A stretch of 64,000 nucleotides of DNA from Eledone cirrhosa (lineage: Eukaryota), in assembly GCA_964016885.1 (NCBI GenBank), contig OZ024740.1, forward strand, positions 161,386,001-161,450,000, written 5' to 3'. A program made the translations under genes and the position numbers. The notes below the pieces were generated by a model. That model was not told the DNA's origin and made no database searches. It worked only from the letters and a program-made list of their open reading frames with translations. Below, in pieces: positions 1-15,757 of the stretch. How positions within the stretch are numbered: the stretch's first letter is position 1; each line of letters opens with the position of its first letter.

Positions 1-355
1 CAGCAGAACCTGGGTCAGTCGCAGACTGCACCAGGTTGCGGCTGGAGAAAGTGTCGGTGCATGTGGCTTCCCAGACGAGGGGTTTGCCGCCGCGGAACGG
101 GAAGATGGTCATGTCATCTGGCCTTTTGCCGTATCCTCGGCCCAGCCCCACCGGCTCGAGCAGAGAAGGGAAGCCTGCAGCATCCAAGCCAATCTTTATG
201 ACCTCGTTGAGGGCAGCATGGCGTGGAAGGCGGCCGCACTGTGGAGACAGGAAAGTGGGTGGAGGCCGAAAGAGTCCACGGTGGATCCACAGCGACATTG
301 GTATGGCTCGCAGATCCGGAGGCCAAGCCTCAAGGAAACTCCGATGCGCAGGCTA
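1..355 (-). mobile_element. CRE-like non-LTR retrotransposon fragment (zinc knuckle + restriction-like endonuclease), runs off left edge
   Basis: Manual minus-strand translation with one frameshift: [18 protein letters not shown]...[14 protein letters not shown]...LEPVGLGRGYGKRPDDMTIFPFRGGKPLVWEATCTDT. This matches the CxC..H..C / RH..E..RPD..W(D/E)xT pattern of CRE-clade RLE domains. Confidence 0.75.
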
Positions 356-429
356 AATGTTAGTTCTCTCAGGCTCCATTATTAACAAATATCTAAGCCT
401 ATACATTATAATCGGAACATTGACTCTTG

Positions 430-432
<3 letters not shown>

Positions 433-489
<57 letters not shown>
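433..489. repeat. (CA)n microsatellite
   Basis: Direct reading of the sequence. Confidence 0.95.
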
Positions 490-491
<2 letters not shown>

Positions 492-1100
492 GACATTTGT
501 CTGAATTTGCTGAATTAATGGAATATATCTTAAATAAACCCGGATTAACAATATTCCCATCCCACACCGGAAATAAAACATCCATATGGTGTGCTGATTA
601 ATATTTACGCATTGATTATCAATAATCTTCTAAACAGACATATGTGTCTGTGTGTGTGTTTACACGATTTACGAATCAACACCAAATTTGTTTCGTTGTT
701 GGTCAAGTGACGGTGAGGAAAAACGTGTTTGTAGGTAAAAAGTGGGAAGCTTAGTTAGGTGTATTAAGCAGGGGGGGGGGGGTCATCCCGTTTTACCTTC
801 CTACTGCTGCATTGGCAGGTTTAAAGTATTGACTGTTTATTTGGGAACATTTATTCATTGACTATATGTGTAATTTTTAACATCTGCTCTGCTTACTCCT
901 ACATGGATAGAGAAAAGTGTATCTTCATTTAACATTCCGAGATGTGCTTATTGCTTGCGGAGAAGCTTGAAAGAATTCTGCAATGGTTTTGCAGGTATTT
1001 AGGGAGATCAGAGAACCCATCAGAGTCAGTAGCTTAAATTCAACCCAATTACCCCCGCTCTCCCGCTCTCTCTCTCTCTCTCTCCCCCTTCCCCATCTCT

Positions 1101-1139
<39 letters not shown>

Positions 1140-1464
1140 CATATATATATGCGAGACAAACCACAAATCCTTCAGGAATTTTGGTAAAGTTCATATGCAC
1201 TTTTTCTTCTAACTTATATTTTAGACTTAGATCCATTTAATTGATTATTTATCTAGTTAATTTCTACGGGCTAAAAGGAGTGACTAGATAAATTTTATCT
1301 GACTGTTCCTCGCGGAAAATAGTCTGTATCATTTGTCTGTTATTTCTTCATAGTTACATTTTAAACTTATAGCCTCGTTTAAATGATTATTTATCTGGTT
1401 GATTTCTACGAACTAGGGTGAGGAAAGGCTGGGTATATGTTAACTAATAATTCTTCAAACTTGC

Positions 1465-1543
<79 letters not shown>

Positions 1544-1748
1544 TATAAGTATGTATACGTACATACATATATGTATACAGACGTACAGTAGTATGTATAT
1601 ATATATATACATATATGCACACATATATATGTACGTATCGATTCACCGAACATTTATTATAATGTTCGGTGTGTTTGTAAACAAACATCCCGAATTAAGC
1701 CGTACAGTGTCTAGCAACCATCGTTGCTCATTTGTTCAACACTGACAA

Positions 1749-1797
1749 AGGAACGCTGTACTAGTTTCAAGCTATCGTCAGCAACGTATACCTTCCT
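1749..1797 (-). ncRNA. Type I hammerhead ribozyme, stem II partly deleted (family A)
   Basis: Minus strand reads ACGTTG-CTGACGA-TAGCTT-GAAAC-TA-GTA-CAGCGT. Confidence 0.6.
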
Positions 1798-2440
1798 GCC
1801 AGATGATTGAACGTCTGAAAGTATATACTTTCCTTATGCATATTAACGGCTGAGCAGCCTAATTTACATATCGAGTGAGTTAATCGGCCGGGCACACCGA
1901 AAACGATAAACTGAAAAAATGAAACGAAATTTCATTTCTCACTCTTAGTACGGCTGTTACTTAAATATAAGTATGTATACGTATATACATATATGTATAC
2001 AGACGTACAGTAATATGTATATGTATATATATACATACATGCACACATATATATATGTACGTATGGATTCACCGAACATTTATTATAATGCTCGGTGTGT
2101 TTTTAAACAAACATCCCGAATTAAGCCTGGCCGATTAACTCACTCGATATGCAAATTAGCCTGCTCAGCCGTTAATATGCATAAGGAAAGTATATACTTT
2201 CAGACGTTCAATCATCTGGCAGGAAGGTATGCGTTTATTATAATGCTCGGTGTGTTTGTAAACAAACATCCCGAATTAAGACGTACAGTGTCTAGCAACC
2301 ATCGTTGCTCATTTGTTCAACACTGACAAAGGAACGCTGTACTAGTTTCAAGCTTATTAGCTATCGTTAATATGCATATCGTTAATATGCATAAGGAAAG
2401 GATATACTTTCAGACGTTCAATCATCTGGCAGGAAGGTAT

Positions 2441-2483
2441 ACGTTGCTGACGATAGCTAATAAGCTTGAAACTAGTACAGCGT
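2441..2483 (+). ncRNA. Minimal type I hammerhead ribozyme (family A)
   Basis: ACGTTG-CTGACGA-T.AGCT.AATA.AGCT.T-GAAAC-TA-GTA|CAGCGT. Stem I ACGTTG/CAGCGT, stem II AGCT/AGCT, palindromic stem III ACTAGT, GUA triplet. Confidence 0.85.
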
Positions 2484-2748
2484 TCCTTTTTCAGTGTTGA
2501 ACAAATGAGCAAAGATGGTTGCTAGACACTACGGCTTAATACGGGATGTTTGTTTACAAACACACCGAGCATTATAATAAATGTTCGGTGAATTCATACG
2601 TATATATATATATGTGTGTGTGCATGTATGTATATATATATACATACTACTGTACGTATGTATACATATATGTATGTACGTATACATACTTATATTTAAG
2701 TAACAGCCGTACTAAGAGTGAGAAATGAAATTTCGTTTCATTTTTTCC

Positions 2749-2807
<59 letters not shown>

Positions 2808-3095
2808 GAGAGAGAGAGTTCTCCAGCCTCCTTCTCAACAAGGAAGATGAAAAAACTTACATCTTAATTTTAAATCTTTAAGTTTTAGTTTTTAATTCTT
2901 ATTAATTCTTTTTAATTGTAATACTCAATATTTGATAAGATAAGATAACCGGTGATGCTTTATATACATTATAAAACTCTTTTTTAAAATAATTGTCCCT
3001 CTCATTTTTTCAATAATGTCACTTTGACGAATCAAAGAAAGGAAAAAAAAGGAAAATAGACCCTAAAATATATTTTCCGAGCTATTTCCAACTTC

Positions 3096-3097
<2 letters not shown>

Positions 3098-3165
<68 letters not shown>

Positions 3166-3201
3166 CTCTCTCTCTCTCTCGCTCTCGCTCTCTCGCTCTC
3201 G

Positions 3202-3260
<59 letters not shown>

Positions 3261-3297
3261 TCTCTCCCCCTCTCTCTTTCATATATATATATATATA
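3098..3297. repeat. (CT)n/(TA)n microsatellite
   Basis: Direct reading of the sequence. Confidence 0.95.
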
Positions 3298-3306
3298 ATG
3301 AATATA

Positions 3307-3394
3307 GAGGGTTTCCCAAAAAATGTATACACCATTCTAATAAACATTGTCTGTACTGTAATCAAAGTGTGTATACATTTTGGGGGACACACGG
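3307..3394. mobile_element. Small Tc1/mariner-like MITE
   Basis: Imperfect TIRs GGGTTTCCCAAAAAATGTATACAC / GTGTATACATTTTGGGGGACAC, flanked by TA. Confidence 0.5.
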
Positions 3395-3988
3395 TACATA
3401 TATAAATATATATACATAAAATTATATATATATGTATATATGATGGTTGTAAACTCAGCTAAGAATATGGGAATCGCTTGTCAGATTACAGAAAGGGGTG
3501 CACCTTTAGGCTACGGCCAGCCACACGAACCTGCAACAGATCTTGAACAAGCAATGCCTGTGCTTTGAAGGTTTTTAATTGGGGAAAGGCCTTTCACTCG
3601 ACCAACCCACTCTCTGAGCATCGAAAACACTCCAGAAAAGGAGAACTGGTCAACATCATCCGAAGCCGCAGAGTTTCCCTCTCCTAGAAAGGTGTTGTAA
3701 CAACAACTGGGGGCCTTTCACTCCCAGGTAAAAAAAAACAGTGTTATTTGGATGGCCGTTGACTCTGCTGAGTTCCTCCGCCCTTTGCCGGGTCTTGTAT
3801 TTCATCCTGCAGAGTGTCCAAATATCACTCTCCTTACCAACCAAGCTTGGTGGGGTTGCCGGTTTAGTTACCGACGACCCGACCATAAGACAGATTGTAC
3901 AGGGTTACATGTTACCAGTTGCACTCGAGAACGACCTGACATATATATATATATATACATATATTGATTGATAGAAAACTAATTCATC

Positions 3989-4180
3989 GCCGGTGGATTG
4001 GCAGTATCGGTAGAGGGTTGGACGCCATGCTTTCTAGCATAGAGTTACGTCCCTTTATGGTCTGAGTTCAAATCTCGCCGAGGTTGACTTTGCCTTTCAT
4101 CCTTACGGGGTCGATAAAATAAAGTACCAGTAATGCACTGGGATAATTGCTGGCCTTGTGCCAAATATAGAAACAGTTAT
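3989..4180 (+). mobile_element. tRNA-derived SINE (cephalopod-type)
   Basis: A-box-like TGGCAGTATCGG, B-box GAGTTCAAATC, conserved body GACTTTGCCTTTCATCC...GGGGTCGATAAAATAAAGTACCAG. Multiple copies in the window. Confidence 0.85.
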
Positions 4181-4200
4181 GATTGATAGATAGATTTCTT

Positions 4201-4391
4201 TATTTGTTTTTATTTTTGGCACAAGGCCAGCAACTACCCCAGTACATTACTGGTACTTTATTTTATCGATCCCGTAAGGATGAAAGGCAAAGTTAACCTC
4301 GGTGGGATTTGAACTCAGAACGTAAAGGGCCATTACTCTATGCTGCAAAGTATGGTGTCTAACGCTCTAACGATACTGCCAATCCACCGCC
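4201..4391 (-). mobile_element. tRNA-derived SINE, same family, inverted
   Basis: Reverse complement of 3989-4180 with scattered substitutions. Confidence 0.85.
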
Positions 4392-4410
4392 ATTGATAGA
4401 TAGATAGATA

Positions 4411-5380
4411 TCTTCCTTTATTTGCCACAGGGGCGTACAAAAATAGGGACATTAGAAGACGTGACGGCGGGGGTTTTACATAAAATCTTTAACAATGATA
4501 AATAACAATAAACTATATAAAAATAAAACAATTGAAATCCCCATTAGGGAGGGAGGGTAACGCTAATGCGGGGTTGTTTTACACCCTGTGGATAGAACAA
4601 CCCTCAACACCAGGAACACGTTTTGTAGGTGTCCCCGTCTTCCCTCTGTTTATCTTCCTCAACCTACAGGTTTATATACAGAGAAGGCCCATTCACTTGG
4701 GCCATTTTCGCCACATTCACCCACCTTTCAGCGAATTTACTGGGGTGTAGCACCTCTCTCTCCACTCTCACCTTCCTTCTAAAGTGGTACTTAAAGAAGG
4801 GGATGAGTTGTTGTCCGGAGAGAAAGGTGTTTGCCCTCAGTCCTTTTAATCTTGTCCACCATATTACCTCTTTCGCCATAGCCACCAGACAGAGGAAGAC
4901 CGCCTCTCTTTCATTCTCAAATGAAGGCGGCGGAGTGATCTTCACAATGGACTCGGTTGACAACTGGATGCGTCCTACACGTGACAGTAGCTGTTCGACA
5001 TAATTCCACAGGTCGGTCACTCCTGGGCACTGAACAATTGCATGCAGAACGGTTTCGATGTCCTGCTCGCATCTTGGACAGGTCCTTTTTGTAGGATCTC
5101 TGCCAGGGCGTCCGTGCCTGTAGATTTTGTCTCGAACTGGTAGAGCTCCTCGGTAACACTGCCAGGCCAGAGACCTCTGGAAGTTATCCATAGGCCCTGG
5201 ACGGAAAGTCCTCCCGAACAGACTGGTCAGTTCGTCTTCCTCAATGCCTAGAGTTTCCCCGAGAACGGCGTCGCACTTATCCTCCACTAATCCTGTATAG
5301 AATTTCGAAGTGGAGTCTCCGCTGATTGCCGTTTCCGCTTGGTAGAGGGCTGTGAGCGCCTGAAGGCACTCGATGTGCCA
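4411..5380 (-). mobile_element. 5'-truncated L1/Tx1-clade LINE (C-terminal zinc-finger region + 3' UTR) inside a (GATA)n tract
   Basis: ORF 4664-5287: LAWQCYRGALPVRDK...CPRCEQDIETVLHAIVQC (zf-RVT-like). GATA repeats at 4395-4410 and 5381-5407. Confidence 0.75.
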
Positions 5381-8300
5381 ATAGATAGATAGATAGATAG
5401 ATAGATATAAATATACGACTGAGGAAAATGTACAGTTAACTGCATCTTTTAAAAATTAAATTGCAACAACGACACACAACAAAAACTTTACTTTTTCAGC
5501 AGAAAAAAACTATTTCGAAGAAATTGCTTTAATTTTTCAAATATACTTGGTTAGCAGCCAAATTATTATGCCACTTTTTTCAGTTATAACTTTACCAATT
5601 GATGAAGACAAATACTTATTTACAAAACTGCAAAAGCTAATAACTCTTGACATATTCAAGATTAAAACATCTTCAAGGAAAATTACAATTTAGTTCCAAT
5701 ATTTAACTAAATTATAACTAAATTATAATCATTTCTAATCAACTGGATATTGTGAAATAGAAAGAAAATGCCAGATGCTGTAAATAGAATTAACTTCGAA
5801 ATTGGTTTAACTACCTTCCAGTAGTAGTATTAGTTTAGCCATATGCCAGACCTGATTGAGCAGGCATATAATCAAATGCACTCCAACCACATCTACCCCA
5901 TATTTTTACCAATAATCAGAATAAGGATCACATTATCCAATATGTTCTCTTTATTTTTTAGAGAAAAGAAAGGTGTAGGTTGTGAATTTTGTTGCTCTTT
6001 CTATTTGCTCAAGTGACTATGTCGAGGCTTTCTATGTGTTTGCTGTCAACTTGGTTTATTGTACTCCTAAAAATCTTCTGCTCCTTGGACCTGGCTGGTC
6101 TCGTATCACCTCTAGTCGGAATCCACCGACACTCATGTTATTTCTCCTTTCATTTCCCATGCTATATCTAACACCAGCACTAACCATTATGCTTAATCCT
6201 TCTGTCCTAGAACATCAGCCCTCTGAAACATCAGTCGTTTCTGTTCATGTCATTCCTACATGGGTTGTGGAGTTGTCGCACACCCGTTAAAGAAACATCA
6301 TCGGATGGCATGTAAATGCCATGGGCACTATTTCATTTGTTTACAGATCTAGCAAAATAAAACTTTGTTGATAGAATAAACACCAGTGATATAATGGACA
6401 TCTGAATAGTCGACTCTATCCCGTATATCTCTCCTACAAAGATTCGTGTTGATCAAACTTCAAAGAATCTAATATAATTTATCAACAAACCACTTAGTAA
6501 GATTACAGGGAATTGAATATGCAACGTCGTTTCAATACTCGGTTCAAAACCTAACACTTATTTAATACTTTTGATACCAACCTATTACTTCTTTAACAAT
6601 GTTGATACCAACCTACCATAAACCTATTACCATCCTAATCATGATTTTCGTTATCACACCATTCAGTGTTTATTCACTAAGATTCTATATACCGAGCCAT
6701 CTTTAGTTAAACATCTTTGCTTGCAATACCGAAACATATTTGGAGTTGACATTATACTACAAAAGATCAATCTCACTCTCTATTGAATTTTATTTCAAAT
6801 TAATCTAAATTAGTTTAAATCCCGAGGCGGCTGTCTTGTTCGTTTTTCTTGTACATAATTAACCATTAAGCTAATGACATATCTTTCCCCTCACTGGGGT
6901 TGTAATTTCAATTAATTAGAACTTTTCAACACCCTCTACAATATGTGCAAGAATAATTCAGTGAATAGAGTTAATTGTTGAAGCGAAAATTTTCGGAATA
7001 TATTTTCAACTTCTTTTTTCTTGAAAGGATTGATGGACGTACAATGTAAATGCTCCTTTCGTGGCTATATTCCCATAGAGTGAGGCGATTGCAGAAATCC
7101 ACATTGTTATTTTATTTATCCCCACACGCCCAAAACAATTATAAAGTGCAAGGCTTGCCTCTGCGGCATTCGAATTCAAAGCACAGTGAAGGAAAAATAA
7201 CAAATACTGGACGGCATACTATTTTACTCTCCCCCTACGCCTCTGCCATACAATCACATTTCTTGTCGAAAGCCAATTCTATTTTAATTACGTTTGTGGT
7301 CATGATGAAGAAAAGCATAAGAATCAGAAGCGTGAGAGCATTGGATGAACTGCATTGTGGTATTTATTTCAGTGTTAAGTGTTTAGTGTTCTGAGTTCAA
7401 ATTCTGCTGAGATCAATTTTGCCTTTTATCCTTTCTGAGCTGCTTAGTAAAGTGCCAAATTGAGCGGTGGGCTAGCACAGTCATTAGAGTCGGACAAGTT
7501 ACCTTGCAGTATTTGTTTCGATCTTTCGTGTTCTGACTTCAAATCTTGCAGTAGCCTACTCGGATAGCAGACTTAATCTGCCACTCAGAGCAACACAACT
7601 ACATGGCCCTTGGATGATTTTAGCGGCGTCCATTCTTCTGCAATCATTCGATTTTAGGCTCAAACTAAATAGTAAATGAAGCCAAAAGAAAATAATTTAA
7701 TGAAAATCAATAGAAGAGGAAAAGTATTTTTTCCAAAGATCGTCAGCTAACCCTTTCGTTACCGTATTTGTAATGCAATACTTTGTGTGTTAATTAATGA
7801 AGAATTTGGGAAAGATTTGCTAGAATTGAAAGTTTATTATGATGGTATTTATAACCAAACAAAATGTTTTTATATAGAATTGTATTGTATGATAAAAGGT
7901 ATTTGGGGAACACATTTTACGGTATGGTTTAGGGGAGATTTGACTATTATTTCTAGCAAATTAGGTCTCTTTCACATGTTCCTTCATTAATATACATAAA
8001 TAGATTAACTCGATCTTCGATATGGTAGTTAGAGTTGCTAGAAATAGCAACAAAACTTGAACCAGAAACGGACACGTTAGATAATGGGTCTCTGTATGTC
8101 CGTAAAAATATAGGATGGTCACGGCTGGACACAGGTCTGCTCAATTAGAACGGAATTTCGAACCCAACTTTTCATTTAAACCAACGAGTAGAGTGTTCTT
8201 ATTCCCTTATATATTCCCAGAATATCTTCATATTATTTGTAATATCGCATGCTTGTTACATTTAAACTAGCGTATATAGAGATAAATTAACCCCGAGATA

Positions 8301-9064
8301 GAACTCACAACCATCAAGTAGACTAGTACACTTGATCAACAGTCAATTTAGGCACAGCTCCAGTACCAACCAACGATTATAATGATTATGTTGCTAATAT
8401 ACTAGGAATATTACTAAAAATGACAAGCGCGTAAAGAATGCCGGAAGGTATAACGGCGGAAATCCTGTCATTATAGGTGAAGACATTAATCAAATAAACC
8501 AGTTCAAAATAATTATTTATTACTGAAAATATTTAGGATGAAAAAGAAAATGTTTAGACAGAAACAAACTCATGTTGGTTCACTTATTAAGATTTGTGTT
8601 AGTGAAATAATGTTATAAACATTATATTTATGCACTTAACGAAAAGTAATTATCAAGTTTTATTAACCAGTTGCAATCCGTTTCCAATTTTAAATTACAC
8701 CTTGCTGACATTCACATATAACTTGTATTTAATATATTAGTTTACACAAAAGGGCGGTGGATAAAATAAAGTACCAGTCACGCACTGGGGTCGATTTAAT
8801 CGACTTTCCCCTCCCACAAAATCACTGGCCTTGTGCCTATATAAGAAACCAATATATTAGTTTACACAAAGAAAATGAAAGCGAAAATATAACGAATGTC
8901 AAAAATGGGTAGAAATGTAGCTATGTGGTAAAAAGGTTCATTTCACAATTGTATGGTTCCTGGTTCAATCTTACAGCGCGGAATCTTTAAGTACATTGTA
9001 GTCATAGCCCCGTATCGATCAAAGCTCTCTGGGAGAAAGTTAATTGGCAGAAATTGTGTAGAAA

Positions 9065-9500
9065 GCCGTCAGATACTTTTGTTTGTCACTTGTTGAACAG
9101 TTCCTTCTCCTACAGACTTTAATTGAGTCTTTGTTGCTAAGTAATGGATCTTTACAGTAAACGAGCCCTTTAACAACCCTTGAGTTCTCTTGCAAAACAA
9201 ATTACTTTTATCCCAGATGTTATTGAAATTAAGGCTTGTAAGAAGGTAAATTATGGTTCTGTAGTTTTTAGGGTTTGTCATATTTTCTTTTTCTTTTCTT
9301 TTTCGTGTTTGTGATTAAGATAGTTTCCCCTTGAGTGAACCTATAAGGTTTTTGTCTCCGGCTTCTTCGATATATTAAACATTTCTACTAGAACCTTTTA
9401 TGTATCTATTAAATATATAGAAAATTGGGATCTTATAATTTCCTGGAACCTTTCACGTTTTTAATTGTATTGGTTTCTTTATTTTGTGTTATTTCGTTTA
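9065..9500 (-). pseudogene. Highly decayed non-LTR RT fragment (R4/Dong-like)
   Basis: Broken frames read KGPG..IPNF, FTQGETILI, TNPKNYRTIIYL and QG..KGS..CKD-like, resembling RT domains 0-2. Confidence 0.5.
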
Positions 9501-10515
9501 GTTCTTTTGATGATATGTCTTTCCACAATTATTCACGTTACGTGTTTGTTGTTTTGAACAATCTCATCCATGGCGATATTTTCACTGTTTATAATCCTAC
9601 CCAAACCTTATCTTTCTTGCTATTGATGCTACATTGATGTCTATTTCCTTTTTATTTAGTCCGTGGGGAATTCTTTCGGGGCTAAAATCGAATTGTTTGT
9701 TATGTATAAATAATTGTTATTTCTTGTCTTAACCATGGAGTCTTAACTGGTAATAACTGTATAGCCTGGAAATATTCATGTTTAGTCTAGGGATATACAT
9801 GGTTAACTTAATAGTACTAATATTCGTGTATGTGTGGCTGAAGTCTGTGATGGCTAGGCATGCGTTTTGTTTTTTTTAAGTTTTATTTGAAAATCGGTAT
9901 GTGTTCGAATCTCATCGAAAACGCTGTGCTTAGCTGTTTCGATCATGCCTCCACTTATATCCCATTTTTGCTTAATTAAGTTGCCGGTTAACATTTTGGA
10001 GAGGATAAATGTCACTGTATTAAATCAAATAAACTGTGAGAGGACATATGTCGTTTCACTTCTTATCATTTGCATGTGGTTGTTGGGATTTCACAAGTCA
10101 ATCAACGTATCGTTTACACAGTCATCCGTGACCCTTTTCGTCATTTTTCGACTTGATTCAATAGTAAGCTCACGGGAATGTTTAGAACTTTGTCTTTCAT
10201 ATTTTTGGGGTTGATAAATAATGTACTATTCAAGTTTTGGGGTGGATTTAATCAAATGTTCCCCTGCCCCACAATTCTGATATCTTGCTTAGAAACGCTA
10301 CTATTTTTCTGAGTTGCAGGATCGCTAAGATGTTTATTTTCTTTTACATTCTCTTATGTTCTGAGTTGATATGTTAACGGGTTCAACTTTGCCGGGTTCA
10401 TTCGCGGTAAAAGAAATAGTATCATTCAAATACTCAGGTTATTATTACTGTCTACACCTTCCCTCAGAATATTGAATTTGTTTGTCTTCTCTATAATTTA
10501 TAGCTCTCTCTTCAT

Positions 10516-10563
<48 letters not shown>

Positions 10564-10564
10564 T

Positions 10565-10600
<36 letters not shown>

Positions 10601-10627
10601 ATATATACGCACACCATGTGCACACAC

Positions 10628-10670
<43 letters not shown>

Positions 10671-11131
10671 CACATGTGTGTGCACATGTGTGTGTGCGTA
10701 CATATTTCAGAGAGAGAGAGAGAAAGAGGGAGGGAGGAAGAGAGAGATCTAAAGTATAGAGGAGAAGACAAGCAAATTCAATATTCTTCGAATGCCAATG
10801 TAAGTTAATAAATTAACATGCCAGAACATATAACATCAAGGTCAAGCAAATAGAGAAAAAGTTTTAAAATAAATTTCAAAACATTTTACTGTATTTACTA
10901 TATGTGCCTTTACCACGGTTTCTGATCCCAAAATTAACATATCATCCAAGCGGATTTTCATTGAGAAAGAGATCGTCGTCAGAAGGCTTTTCTCACTCGG
11001 AGAATATAAAATTCTACGGTTCAAATCACAAACTCGCGCCATACACAATTGTTCTCGAATGAGAGTGAATGAGAGATGAAACAATTCTGCCTGGTACCGT
11101 GTGCAAAAGCAAAGGCTAGGTGGACAGGTCA

Positions 11132-11164
<33 letters not shown>

Positions 11165-11167
11165 CAT

Positions 11168-11253
<86 letters not shown>

Positions 11254-11271
11254 ATATATATATATATATAT

Positions 11272-11343
<72 letters not shown>

Positions 11344-11396
11344 GAGATTCTACAGGACTAGACCTGTTTCATTCTTTAGAAATCATCAGGAATCTC
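11344..11396 (-). ncRNA. Type I hammerhead ribozyme (intact core)
   Basis: Minus strand reads GAGATTC-CTGATGA-TTTCTAAAGAAT-GAAACAGG-TCTAGT-CCTGTA|GAATCTC. Stem I 7 bp, stem III ACAGG/CCTGT. A mutated mirror copy lies on + at 11397-11448. Confidence 0.85.
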
Positions 11397-11530
11397 AGAT
11401 TCCTTATGATTTCTAAAGAATGAAACAGTTCTAGTCCTATAGAATCTCTTCTATATTAAAACTTTTATACTCTGCTATGTATTGAGTACCTTACTTACTG
11501 TGGTTACCTCCGATTCAACCCTGAATAAAG

Positions 11531-11597
<67 letters not shown>

Positions 11598-11684
11598 TAA
11601 TAATAATAAATTTGAAGACTAAAATCCAAAGAGGGCTCGATAAGGATAAATCTATATCAAATATATAAGAACCGTAGAGCAAAT

Positions 11685-11921
<237 letters not shown>

Positions 11922-11950
11922 ATTCATATATATATATATATATATATATT

Positions 11951-15560
<3,610 letters not shown>

Positions 15561-15596
15561 GTTATACATATATATATATATGTATATATCTATATC

Positions 15597-15678
<82 letters not shown>

Positions 15679-15721
15679 TTGCAGCTACCCCCACTCTGGC
15701 ATATACTGTTACTTTGTGACT

Positions 15722-15757
<36 letters not shown>

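Larger units (their letters stand above)
1545..2751. mobile_element. Non-coding HHR-containing mini-element (family A, ~420-445 bp unit); tandem and inverted partial copies between (TA)n tracts
   Basis: AAGTATGTATACGT recurs at 1547 and 1969 (period ~422). Inverted segments at ~2128-2230 and ~2365-2751. Near-identical copy at 53653-54371. (TA)n on both sides. Confidence 0.85.

Noticed and set aside
3440-3940. GC-richer TA-flanked insert with short ORFs
   Set aside because: Probably a TE fragment, but I could not identify any protein or RNA motif.
3989-4080. tRNA gene
   Set aside because: A/B boxes belong to a multi-copy SINE head and no complete cloverleaf forms.
10940-10990. Minus-strand CTGACGA...GAAA motif
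   Set aside because: No stem II and no UH triplet in register, so not a credible hammerhead.
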